The notes under the pieces were generated by a model. The model was not told the origin of the DNA and made no database searches. It was given only the letters and a program-made list of their open reading frames with translations. From Octopus sinensis (lineage: Eukaryota), in the NCBI RefSeq assembly GCF_006345805.1, contig NW_021833743.1:1-64000 (forward strand): a stretch of DNA of 64,000 nt, written 5' to 3'. The first letter of the stretch is position 1, and each line of letters starts with the position of its first letter. Of this stretch, positions 1 through 11,667 are shown piece after piece. Position numbers and translations under genes: made by a program.

Positions 1-78
1 ATAAAGTGCATAGTCAGCAGGTGAATAATGCTTCAAAAGATGGAAAAGAAAATTACATAAATTAATAAAAGCATTAAA

Positions 79-125
<47 letters not shown>

Positions 126-331
126 AAAGATAAAACTAATGATAAGAAAACATAATAAAAAAGAGAAAAAAAAAATTATGGAGAGAAAAGTGAAGAAAAA
201 CATAATGAAGTGAAATATCTGTATTCTTTCATCTGTTCATTTTTCGTTGTTTGTCTACGACCCTGCTGGGGCACTACCCTGAAGCGTTCCATTTGATCCT
301 ATCAACCCCAGAAATTATTTCCAAACATGCT

Positions 332-518
332 GGCACCACGTAAAAAGCACCGAGTACGCTCTGTAGAATGGGTGGCTTTAAAAATGGCATCCAGCTGCAG
401 GAACCATGCCAAAACGGATGACTAGAGCCTGGAGTAGCCCTCCTGCCTGGCCAGCTCATGTCAAACCATCAAACCCATGCCGGCATGGAAAACAGACATT
501 AAATAATGATGATGATGA
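332..518 (+). mobile_element. SINE-like family C copy with (GAT)n tail
   Basis: Shares CACGTAAAAAGCAC...CATCCAGCTG...CCCATGC..GCATGGAAA...TTAAA-(GAT)n with copies at 16545, 30805, 42572, 43882 and 58005. Confidence 0.75.
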
Positions 519-1011
519 GGACATGTATTTATTTTATTGATCTCTATTCGTCAAGCTGTTAAGTTATGGGATGCCACATAACTCCAGGTCATAAATCAGT
601 GCAAACAAACACACACTCGTAGAAGGCTTCCACACATAATAAAAAGAACAGAATGGTAATAAACGAGTGAAGAACAAATATATAGTGCATGTGTTTACTT
701 GGGAAAAAAAAATGACCATTTCGAAATACTACAATATATATCGAAACGTTTAGTAGATGAAATCTTAGCGACTGAAGAAGGGGATTTTTCGTTGTGCTTA
801 TTGTCCTGTATCTCTCTTTTTTTTGCTTGTCTTGTTCCTTGGTTTGTGTCTATGTTTTCATTTCTCTTTGTGTTCGACGTCCCCTTGGTGTCCTGTACAC
901 ATATATGCGTGTATATGTACATGTAGAGGTAGGTACGTACAGATATGTTTATATATATGCATATGTTCTATTTTATTAACATATATACATATATATATAT
1001 ATATATATACC

Positions 1012-1200
1012 TCTCTTTATATAAAACTGAGAATGTCTGTCTGTCTGTCTGTGTGTTTCCCTAAAACTTGAGAACTACACAATCAATTTCATTCAAATTT
1101 TACACATGCCTTACTTAGGGTCCGGGGAGTGTCATCGGCAAAAAAATGTTCAACTTCTTGCCTAGGGCGAGCCCATAGCAAGATCATATCTTCACTATTT
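1012..1200 (+). mobile_element. Probable Helitron 5' terminus
   Basis: TC-start, TATATAAA, then a (GTCT)n microsatellite and AACTACACAATCAATTTCATTCAAATTTT. This layout is typical of invertebrate non-autonomous Helitron 5' ends. The exact first base is uncertain. Confidence 0.6.
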
Positions 1201-1559
1201 CAGTATTACATGTTAAAAGTGAAACAAAAACATTTCTCTATTTTATGTCGGATACTTTCACTTTAACAATAAAAATTAGAGATAATAATAACAATTGAGT
1301 TATATGTAGTAAGTAATAATTAAAATAAAACTAAAGTATAATATAATGATTAAATCGTAACGTAACAATTAAAAGTAAAAATAGCAATTGGTATAAAATT
1401 GCATCAATGACTTGAACTTCAATAAGTGGTTTCACATGAATGGGAATAAATTAAAAATAAAATTAGCGTACAGAAATAGAATAGTCCAGATGGAGCTGTG
1501 CACATACCCTTTACTGCAGCTTTTACATTAAATTATCTGCTAATTAGCCAGCATTAAGT

Positions 1560-2459
1560 ATCTATATGAAGTTTGGCTGTATGTAATGTCTGTTTTCTCG
1601 AACAGCCGCTTCTACTGAGTACTGCTGTTGGTTTATTTCTTATACATAAAGGACTATAGCTTCAACTGTGTACTGCTTTTTGATTCACCGTAAGATTTGT
1701 TGTTATTATTATTAATGTTTAACTATTGTTATCCTGTTTGTTGATTCCTCATAAGGGAAACGTTGTTGTGTTGCATTTGTTAAATAATTGTAAACCGTAA
1801 CCCTCCCTTTGGGAGAAGGAGCTTTGGTTATTGTTTAAAAATTGAATTGTGTCCCTGTTTGGGAAATTGACAATATTTTCACCGTTTATACGGAAGCATT
1901 TTTCTTAAAATGCCTTCGATAGAAGAAAGTCCAAAAATGAATTTCGCTGCAGCCGTCGGCGGGTGCAAACTCATTAAAATTAAAATGGAAGAAATACAAA
2001 CCTATTTCGGATTGATCACCGACAAAGATGGTGAATCTAGGATAACACCACCAAACGAAATAAAAAATTAAATTAAAGAAAAGACTATTGTCTATAAAGT
2101 ATACAATGTAGAGAAAAAAGAAGATTTGAACACCTGGAGGAAAGCACCATTGAAAAGTGTCTTGGTGGGACTATGAAAGATATCTAACCAGAGGAGGTAA
2201 ATTCGCCACAATAGAAGCAAGGTTTGAGTCAACGGAGCGTGCAAGAGAGTACTCGACTCAAACCTTGCAAAGTGGAAATATTTTATTTTTACCTTTATAT
2301 CAGGGATGTGGGACGACCCGGATAAAAATTTTAAATGTTTCCCCAGAAGTAGAGGTAGGCTGGATTATAGCCACACTTCTATACAAGAGGGAGGACAAGA
2401 TACAATTGATTGAAATTGCAAGAGATGGGCCTACAATTCCAGTTTGTTATATATTTTGA
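1560..2459 (+). pseudogene. 5' UTR plus degenerate ORF1 fragment of a non-LTR retrotransposon (L1/Tx1-like)
   Basis: CpG-containing leader, ATG at 1937, and broken frames ending in ORF 2157-2459 (GKFATIEARFESTERAREYS...LPLYQG...RIKILNVSPEVEVGWI), which resembles an ORF1 RRM-like region. Clade assignment is by recollection only. Confidence 0.5.
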
Positions 2460-2576
2460 GTATTGTTATCACTAGTGATATCAAGATATAACTTTGTATT
2501 TTGTATTTTATGTGTAGATGTATATATATAGATGTACATGTAATATGTACACATATACATACACATATATACATGC

Positions 2577-2614
2577 ACTAGCACTATGACCCGGCGTTGC
2601 CGGGTCATAATGCT
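2577..2614 (-). mobile_element. Helitron 3' terminus (hairpin plus CTAG) on the minus strand
   Basis: Minus strand reads ...TATGACCCGGC-AAC-GCCGGGTCATA-GTG-CTAG|T: an 11-bp perfect stem (15 of 16 bp when extended) just before CTAG. Confidence 0.75.
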
Positions 2615-2699
2615 ATTATTTATATATATATTCCAGAGATGGCTTAGCTAGGTGCAACTTTAACATCACTGCTAATACCATTCTTATTAAGCAATAACA

Positions 2700-3968
2700 G
2701 GAAAAACATTTATTACAAAGCTTCTCCTTGCAGAAGTTAGGCAGAATCAGGACATTGCAGTAGCTGTAGCCTCCTCTGGCATTGCAGCTACTTTGTTACC
2801 CGGTGGCAGGACAGCACACTCAACTTTTAAACCCCCTCTCAATTTAGCAGCATCCGAAATGCCTTCATGCAACATCAACAAAAGCTCAGATCAGGGACAA
2901 GTACTTAAAATGTGTCATCTAATTGTCTGGGATGAGTGCACTATGGCTCACAAGGGAGCTTTGGAAGCATTAGATAGAGCCCTGAAAGACATCCGAGACT
3001 GTCAGGCTCCAATGGGAGGTGTAACGCTTCTGTTGTCAGGTGATTTCAGGCAAACTCTTCCTGTCATTCCGAAAGGCACTAGAGCAGATGAAGTCTAAGC
3101 ATGCCTAAAGTCCTCTACCCTGTGGCATCATGTTACAATCCTCAGTCTCACCACTAACATGAGAGCTCAGCTACACGGCGACAAAATGTCCACAAAGTTT
3201 GCACAGGACATTTTGACACTTTGTGAAGGCAAGATGCCTCTCGATGCTGCAGGACAAATGGAAATGTGGTCATTTTCCTCTGTTGTTAATTCTGTAGATG
3301 ACCTCAAAAACAAAGTCTTTCCCAACTTCACACAAAACTACCAAAATCACAATTGGCTGTGTGAAAGAGCAATATTAGCTCCAAAAAACGTCGCTGTTAA
3401 CAAAATTAATCAACAGCTAATGCATTCTCTTCCCGGCACTATACACACTTACAAGTCTGTTGATACAATTCCAGATATAAATGAAGTTGTGAACTATCCT
3501 CCTGAATTTCCCAATTCACTGGAGCCTCCTGGACTACCCCCCCCACATATTAGCACTTAAAGTTGGAACTCCTGTAATGCTACTCCGCACCAAGAACCAC
3601 CAAGACTTTGCAATGGAACACGACTGGTGATAAAGAAAATGATGTCACAAGTTATCGAGGCGATCATTCTTTCTGGATGTGGAAAAGGTGATGACGTCTT
3701 TATTCCAAGAATTCCTCTTACTCCATCAGGAGCAGAAATTCCATTTACATTCAGAAGACTGCAATTCCCCCTTCGTGTCAGCTTTGCCATGTCCATTAAC
3801 AAATCTCAGGGTCAAACCCTCTCTGTAGCTGGTCTTCTCTTGGAAGAGCCCTGCTTCTCGCATGGGCAACTGTATGTTGGCTGCTCAAGAGTAGGAACCA
3901 AAGGAAACCTTTTTGTATATGCTCCACAAAGGAAAATAAGAAACATTGTTTACAACAAGGTGTTATAA
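2700..3968 (+). pseudogene. Helitron Rep/Hel C-terminal Pif1-family helicase, disrupted
   Basis: GKTF (Walker A end) at 2700, AVASSGIAATLLPGGRTAHSTFK, IVWDECTM (Walker B), LLSGDFRQTLPVI, RAILAPKN, CNGTRL, FAMSINKSQGQTL, FSHGQLYVGCSRV. In-frame TAA at 3096-3098 and a pair of frameshifts at about 3540-3600. Confidence 0.95.
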
Positions 3969-4116
3969 TCTCAACAGCCAGGAGGTATATACATGATCCC
4001 CTTTTTTTTAACAAACTTCATCTACTTTCATGTATTTATATTACTATACATATATATGTGTGTGTGTGTGTATCCATATATATATAACAGAAAAGTCTAA
4101 TTCTTCAATTGAATGT

Positions 4117-4145
4117 AACCGGGCAATTCCAGGTATCTCTGCTAG
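4117..4145 (+). mobile_element. Helitron 3' terminus (degenerate hairpin plus CTAG)
   Basis: AACCGGGCAATTCCAGGTATCTCTGCTAG|T lies about 150 bp after the helicase stop and resembles the 2577-2614 terminus. Confidence 0.7.
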
Positions 4146-4302
4146 TATTCTATATTTCCAGTTTCACTTTGTGGTATTACAGTTTGGTAGCTCACAGAGT
4201 ACACGGAGAAAGCAAAACAACAAAAGAATTTGTTCATAAACTGAATATTTCATGCACAAACTCTCTTGTTATATTTGGTTTACATATACATATGCTTTTA
4301 TT

Positions 4303-4660
4303 CTTTTACTTGTTTCAGTCATTTGACTGCGGCCATGCTGGAGCACCGTCTTTAGTCAAGCAAATCGACCACAGGACTTATTCTATCAGCTTCTTTTGCT
4401 GAACTGATAAGTTACACAGACATAAACACACCAGCATTGGTTCTCAAGCAATTGAAGGGGGACAAACATGGACACACACACATATATATATACACGACGG
4501 GCTTCTTTCAGTTTCCATCTACCAAATCTACTCACAAGGCTTTGGTTGGTCCAAGGCTACATGAGAAGACACTTGCCCAAGGTGCCATGCAGTAGAACTG
4601 AACCCGGAACTATGTGGTTGGTTAGCAAGTTACTTACCACACAGCCACTCCTGCGCCTAT
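4303..4660 (-). mobile_element. SINE family B copy (tRNA-like head, internal (TA/CA)n)
   Basis: Reverse complement of GGAGTGGCTGTGTGGTAAG...GGGTTCAGT...GAAACTGAAAGAAGCCCGTCG...CAGCATGGCCGCAGTCAAATGACTGAAACAAGT, which recurs many times in the window. Confidence 0.85.
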
Positions 4661-5339
4661 ATAAATATAAGAAATATATGTTTGTGTGTGTGTTTGTAAG
4701 AAGCAACGATGAGGTAAAATCTATTACAATTCTTGAAAATGAGACTGTGAAGATCTGGAAATGTTGAATATGGATTTAGGGGAAAGCCATACTGCTGCTA
4801 AGAACAATGACACACAAGCACACACACACACACACACATACACACTATAGCCCTTTGCTGACCAAAGACTTGTATTTGGTAGATGAAAGCTGGAAGCCTT
4901 TTGTATACACATGTATATATATATAAACGCATGTGTGTATTTATGGGTGTATGTATAAGAGTGAATATGTGTATGTTTGTGCCTCCTTGTCTTGACATTA
5001 TGTTTGTTGTCAATGAATGTCATTCATTTCCAATGTTCTGCACAAAAACTTGTGTGGCCATGAGAAAATATTATTTTGTTTTGAAACAACTGTAGAAAAT
5101 TTGTTTTAATGAACATCATCCAACCCATGCCAGCACAGAAAAGTGGACGTTAAATTAATGATGCATACACGTATGTCTAACATTATTCAGTTTTATTTCA
5201 AGATTTCTTGTCATTTGAGAAAGAACTGGTTTTCTAACCTAGATCCAAGGCTCCTTCATTGGAATTTCAACTGCATCAAAAAGGTATTTTTGTATGTATA
5301 TATACATACAAAAATGTATGTATATATATACATTTGTAT

Positions 5340-5645
5340 GTATATATACTTGCAGATTTGTAGGTTTTGTTTTATGTAGGTTTTCTCATGCATATACTTG
5401 CATATCTAGACATGCTCATATATATTTAAATGATAAACTTCTGGAAAGTTTTACAGAAATTTACTGTTCCAGTGATGGCTTTGATCTGTAATCTTCGAAT
5501 CAGCTTCCTCCTTTCTGGTTTTGAGAAGCCTAATTTCTCAAGATTGGTATTTAGATAGTGTGTTACATATCCCAGTACCCCAATAATTACAGGTATAAAC
5601 CTGTACTTGAAATCTGGATAGAGTAACTGCACATTTCTCAATAGT
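5340..5645 (-). pseudogene. 3' end of an RLE-type non-LTR retrotransposon ORF plus 3' UTR
   Basis: LLRNVQLLYPDFKYRFIPVIIGVLGYV...LIRRLQIKAITGTVNFCKTF, stop at 5426-5428. Resembles the C-terminus of restriction-like-endonuclease elements (R4/NeSL/CRE group). Confidence 0.7.
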
Positions 5646-6129
5646 ATGTATGTATGTATACACACTAAGACTAGGCAATGGAAACAATCAGTTGTTCTTG
5701 AAATATAGGAAATATAAGAATCTGAGATTCTCAGCAGTGAAATAAAATATAGAGAATGAAATGCAAAGTAAGGTGTGGAAGGAAGGTTATATAACTGTGG
5801 AAATAAGGTTATGGCATCAGACAAATGCTGGTCTACTTTCTATTAACCAATGTGTGTTTGTTCTCATGAAGAATTCAGTTTCTGCCATTCCAACTGATTC
5901 ACAATATTAAACATAATGCAACTGACGTAGCTCTTCATCTGTACATATGTGTGTGTGCGTGTGTGTGTGCGTGTGTGTGTGTGTGTGCGTGTGTGTGTGC
6001 GTGTGTGTGGGCATGCATGTTTATGTGTTTGTACATGTGTTCATGTATGCATGCGCATACATGCATGTATGTATGTGTTCCTTCCTGTGTGTGTCCACGT
6101 GTGTGTGTGTGTGTGTGTGTGTACCTTAA

Positions 6130-6324
6130 TAGTTGCGTTCTATTGTGAGTGTGATAATGATTGCTTCAGTATGTGGTGGTGTGGATACTACTACTACTGA
6201 TAATAATAATAATAGTAATAATAATAATGATAATAATACTTTTGTTGCTGTTGTTGATAGTAATAATATTGTTGTTATGGTGGCGATTGTTGTGGTTTTT
6301 AATTTGTTTTTGCTGTTGTTTATA

Positions 6325-6361
<37 letters not shown>

Positions 6362-6960
6362 CGTCGTCGTCGTAGTAGTGCAATAATCGTTTAGGTGGAG
6401 CCAGCGGTGGTCGTAGTGATGGCAACAGTGGTGATGTGGTGATGGTGGTGGTTGTGGTGGTAGTGGTGCTTGTTTTCCATTTTCTAATCTGCTGCTTATA
6501 TCTCCTTGCATGACTTCAAATTGTAAGGAAAAAAGGATTAAGAATGCTTCACTACTTTCTGCAGTGATGCAGCCATATATTGCAGCAGACAAGTGCAACA
6601 ATGCTTGCAGAAGACCTGTTTACAGTTCACATGCATTGCTCACCACCATCTGCATCGACCTTTCACAAGCCACCATTATCATCATCACCACCATCATCAT
6701 CTTCATCACACCCATCTCCACCACCACCACCACCACCTGGTCATTACCATCTCTGCCACCACCAATATCACCGTCACCACCACCACCATCACATTAATCA
6801 CTATATCTTTGTTATCTCCTCCATCGCCACCATCGCTGATGCCACTGCTACCATCTCTTAATACCATCACAACCACTGCCACATTAATCATCATCACCAT
6901 ATTGTTATCATCTCCACTGTCACACCACCATTACCGCTGCCATATTTATGTTATCCTCCA
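6130..6960. repeat. Degenerate trinucleotide low-complexity tract
   Basis: (TAA)n, (TAG)n and (GGT)n runs followed by (CAC/CAT)n runs. Source of the poly-H/P/T/S ORFs in the track. Confidence 0.9.
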
Positions 6961-7092
6961 CTCCGTCCCCGCCCTTTACTCCTTAATTTGATATTCTCAA
7001 TACGTTCTTTCCCACTGTTGCAATAATACTTCTTCTAAATTGTCCGAAAATAACTAACAACAACAACAATAATAATAATAACAATAATAATA

Positions 7093-7779
7093 ATCCTTTC
7101 TACTGTAGACACAAGGTCTGAAATTTTGGGAAAGGATTAAATTGATTACATCAACCCCAGTGTGTAACTGGTACTTATTTAATCGACCCTGAAAGGATGA
7201 AAGGCAAAGTAGACCTTGATGGGATTTGAACTCAGAACATAGCAACAGATGAAATACTGCAAAGCATTTCAGCCGGTGTGCCAGCTTTCCACCTTCAATA
7301 ATAATAATTATTATTATTATTATTATTATTATTTCTACTTTAGGCACAAGGCCTTGAAAAGTTTTTGAGGGAAGAGGGCTAGTCGAGTACATCGACTCCA
7401 GTTTGTAGCTGGTACTTAATTCATCAACCCCAAAAGTCATCCTCGGTGGAATTTGAATGCAGAATGCAGTGGCAGATGAAATACCGCTAAGCATTTCCCC
7501 TGGCATGCTAAGGTTCTGTCAGCTCACTGCCTTCAATAATAATAACAATAAATAAGGATAATAATAATCCTTTCTACTATAGGCACAAGGTCTGAAATTT
7601 GGAGGAGGGACGTAGTTGATTACATCGACCCCAGTACTCAACTGGTACTTATTTTACCATCCCCCAAAAGATGAAAGCCAGTGTTGACCTCAGTGAAATC
7701 TGAACTCAGAACATAGAGATGGGTGAAATACCACTAAGCATTTCGTTCAGCATGCTAACGATTCTGCCAGCTCAATGCC

Positions 7780-7833
<54 letters not shown>

Positions 7834-8110
7834 TTGATTTCATTTATTTGCCACAAGGGTGAAGGATAAGAGGACATTACAAAGACAGACATAAAGTCTG
7901 CGGGTTTACATATACGAAATGATAAAAAAGTATAATTATAACAACAATAATGATTCTTCTACTCTAGGCACAAGGCCCGAAAGTTTTGAGGAGAGGACTA
8001 GTTGATTACATCAACCACAGTGTTTCACTAGGTGTTTATTTTATTGACCCTGAAAGGATAAAATATAAAGTCAACCATGGCAGAATTTGAACTCAGAACA
8101 TGAAGACAGC
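7093..8110 (-). mobile_element. Four head-to-tail SINE family A copies separated by (AAT)n
   Basis: Copies at about 7093-7275, 7333-7535, 7566-7782 and 7955-8110, each with the reverse complement of GTTCTGAGTTCAAAT...CTTTCATC...GGGGT.GAT...AAGTACCAG. Confidence 0.85.
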
Positions 8111-8145
8111 CAAACTAATAATAATAATGATGATAATAATGATAA

Positions 8146-8340
8146 AATATCAGCACTCAACTACCAACATGGCTGAAAAAAATCGGTGCAAGTGTGAAGA
8201 TAAAACACTTACAAAAATCAGCATTGCTTGGATCTGCAAGAATTCTTTGCAGGGTTCTTGAAGTATGATTAGTAAAACAAGTGTCACCTTAGTCTACTGG
8301 CTGTGGACTGATGACACTTTCCATCATACCCAGCAATATA
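8146..8340 (+). pseudogene. 3' end of an R4/Dong-like non-LTR retrotransposon
   Basis: 8161-8268 reads LPTWLKKIGASVKIKHLQKSALLGSARILCRVLEV*, matching the LQK..LLG.ARIL..VL C-terminal motif of the R4 clade. It directly follows an (AAT/GAT)n run. Confidence 0.75.
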
Positions 8341-8412
8341 AGCTGTTAGTTTTAACAATAGATTCTGAAAAACATTGTGCAGTGTTTAATATGATATAAA
8401 TGGGAAATAAGT

Positions 8413-8626
8413 TGGCAAGCTGGCAGAAACGTTAGCACGCCAAGTGAAATGCTTCAGGTATTTCGTCTGTCTTTACGATCTGAGGTCAAATTTCACTGAG
8501 GTCGACTTTGCCTTACATCCTTTCGGGGTCAGTAAATTAAGTACCAGTTGAGTACCAGGGTCAATCCAATCGACTGCCCCACCCCACCTAAAATTTCAGG
8601 CTTTGTGCCTAGATTAGAAAAGAATA
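8413..8626 (+). mobile_element. SINE family A copy
   Basis: GGCAAGCTGGCAGAAACGTTAGCAC head, GAGGTCAAAT B-box-like region, TTGCCTTACATCCTTTCGGGGTC core. Confidence 0.85.
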
Positions 8627-9708
8627 TAAATGGGAAATTTCAAGGACTCTAAATAGTTGTCAGGGACTCATAATGTTACTAAGCCTTAACTTGGAGTTTA
8701 TTAGACTGTACTATATAGATGAGAAAGAAAACTCCTCTCAGAGAAAAACTTCACCTTTCATTAGTGTACCACATGTAAGATTTTCAGTAGATCTAGTGAT
8801 AATTCTTGGCAATTTGTTGTTTGTGTTGATAAACAGCATTTCTGTCCGAGACCTTACGTTGACTCCTGCTGAAGGGTATTCCAGCCTTGACTCTCCTCAT
8901 ATCTAATTTTATTTTACAGACAATGTATTTCAAAAGAACTCACTGTAAATTTACTCATCATACAATCTGTGATTTTTACATGAAAACCTTTATTGATTCC
9001 TGGTTTAAGCCATTGGTCCGTGACCATGTTGCAGCACAACCTTGAAGAGTATAGTTGAACAAAGCGACCCCAATATTTTTTTTTCTTTTGAAGTTTGATA
9101 CTTATTCCTGTGGTCTCTTGCCAAACCACTAAGTTAGAGGGACAAAGGCATGCCAACACTAGTTGTCAAGCAGTGAAGGGACACAAAGGCACACATACAC
9201 ATATGTGTGTGTGTGTGTGTGAGAGAGAGAGAGTGTCTTTGTCTTCTACTATTGCTTGACAACTGATGTTGACTTGTTTCCATCCTTGTAACTTAGTGGT
9301 TTGGCAAAAGACTTATAGAATAAGTGTGTGCTTGTGCATACACACACATATATACATATACATACATAAACATGTATACATACACATATACATATATATA
9401 CACACATATACACACACATATATATATATATATATACATATGCATATATGTATAAATATATATATATACACACACACACACACATATATATATATACATA
9501 TATATATATACATATATATATACATAGCAATGTAACTACACATGTGCCACTGATGATTTCTTTTCCTTCTTTGGACTTTTCCTTTTCTCCTTTCCAGCAA
9601 AGAGCTATGCTCGAAATGTCAAAGTCTCTCCTTTCAATGAGCGTCAAGCTAAGACATTTCTTATGCATGTCCTCATGTTGTTCATTTTTATTTGTTTATT
9701 TGACTTGA

Positions 9709-9775
<67 letters not shown>

Positions 9776-9776
<1 letters not shown>

Positions 9777-9965
9777 TTTTATTAAAGCTGCAGAATTATT
9801 ACAAGACTTTTAGAGTTTCTTGTTCCTGCTCATCAGAGAATTGTAATGCGAAGCTCTGCGTAAAAGCCTTATGATAATTTTGCAGCTTTAATAAAAGCAT
9901 GTTACTCTACCTTTTGTATTTGAGTACTATATCCCACATCTTGTTTTGCACTTATATGCTCAGCT
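9776..9965. mobile_element. Family F: inverted pair of short LTR-like units with an HHR-like motif (Penelope-type relic)
   Basis: Arms CTTTTATTAAAGCTGCAGAATTAT / ATAATTTTGCAGCTTTAATAAAAG. Minus strand 9847-9798 reads ATTACAA-TTCT-CTGATGA-GCAGGAACAA-GAAACT-CTAAA-AGTC-TTGTAAT. The 3' extension is homologous to 61320-61390. Confidence 0.6.
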
Positions 9966-9990
9966 GTGCATGTATATATACATATATATG

Positions 9991-10210
9991 TTTGAAAAAA
10001 CGAGTAGAGATGGCTATTTTGGGGGATAATTTTTATTTTAATTACAATGTTTACAGTGAATTACTTTGTGAATAGGCATTTGAAAACAATGAATAGGTGT
10101 TTGAAAACAACTATTTGAAGCTTGAAACTCATATCAGAGTAACTCACTCTAAACATTATCAAAATAAAAATTATCCCCGCAAAAATCCATCTCTACTCAT
10201 TTTTACAAAT
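9991..10210. mobile_element. MITE-like element with ~48-bp imperfect terminal inverted repeats in (TA)n
   Basis: GAGTAGAGATGGCTATTTTGGGGGATAATTTTTATTTT versus AAAATAAAAATTATCCCCGCAAAAATCCATCTCTACTC. Confidence 0.65.
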
Positions 10211-10250
10211 ATATAATACTGTACCAGGAACTTTCTTTTTATTATTCTAC

Positions 10251-10284
<34 letters not shown>

Positions 10285-10326
10285 AATATATATATATATA
10301 TATAATATATATATATATATATGCAC

Positions 10327-10357
<31 letters not shown>

Positions 10358-11667
10358 TGAAGGGCTTCACAAGAGTCTATCAAAGTTGCTCACAAGGCAC
10401 TGGTCTGCCCAAAGCTATAGTAAAAGACACCTGCCCAAGGTGCTGGCCACACAATGGGAATGGAACCCGAAACCACATTAAGAAGCTCAATGGTAAAGCA
10501 AGTTTCTTAACCAAGCAGTCATGCATGCACCAAATTTATCGACCTCATTCCAAAACACATTACAATTTACTCTTCAACCAATCTGTGGTGTTTATATGAA
10601 TATCACTTCAATTTATTGACATCATTTCAAAACACATTGGAATTTCAGTCTTCAATCAACCTGTGCGTGTTCAACAATAAAATCCAAAGTTCAAAGAAAT
10701 CTTATACAAAGAAAAACTCCATTTGGCAAACAACTTCAATAAACGATCTGATCATACAAAACGACTGTAGTGTTAATTTGTTTATTGGTATTCAGGTCTA
10801 AGAGGGAGGTTTTTGTCATCTCATTCCACTGCTTCATTCCTCTGCTTCTTCTATATTGCATCACTGAATAGGTTCAACCATTTTTTTTTCTCCACATGAT
10901 TTTTTTTACCGATTCCATGTTAGTACTATAAATATTTACTGGCTTTGGGTTGAGTTGCCACAATGTTTGTCATAGGTTCAAGTCATGCCATGACAACACT
11001 TTTGTGTCTCTGATTGCAACATAAATTGCTTATGTTTTATCCTTTACTCATTTCAATTTTTGGGCAGTGGCCATGCTGGAGCACTGCCTTAAAGGGAAGG
11101 GATTTAGTCAAGCAAATCAATCCCAGTATTTGTGTTTTTTCTTTTTACGTCAGTTACTTATTCTGTTGGTCTCTTGCCACACTGCTAAGTTACAGGGGAT
11201 GTAAACAAACCAGCACTAGCTGTCAGTATGTGTTGAATGACAAACAGACACAAATATACACACACACCCATTACATCACCTGATGAGGCTTCCTGCACTG
11301 TGCAATGCATCTGATGTCATTACATCATTCCCCACCCACTTGGGAGCAGTGGTCCTTCAGTTTCTCTAAGCCCTGTAAAAGAACTCAGATGGTTGGGCCT
11401 CCATCCAGACCTTTTGTGATACCCTCATATATGTATGGACACATGAGAGAGTAGATAAACAAAAAGTGGCACCCAACACTTTCTTCTCCTGATATCTGAT
11501 GTGGTTGGTTCATCCTATACACCCATTACACTTTATGTCAAATGGAGCCAGGTCAGACTGTTTTTTAAAAGACATATATGACAGACTATCAAACAGTTTC
11601 TGTCTAATAAATTCACTCATGAGGTATTGGTCAGCTTGGCGCTATAGAAGAAGAAACTTGTTAACAA

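Noticed and set aside
5947-6991. Cys/Val-, His-, Pro- and Thr-rich ORFs
   Set aside because: Direct read-outs of (GT)n and trinucleotide microsatellites in several frames at once.
8705-8772. Plus-strand exon-like stretch (LYYIDEKENSSQRKTSPFISVPH) with a GTAAGA donor
   Set aside because: Weak acceptor, no homology, and no consistent partner exons.
11280-11300. CTGATGA motif (also at about 8309 and 30963)
   Set aside because: No GAAA box or flanking helices, so these are not hammerheads.
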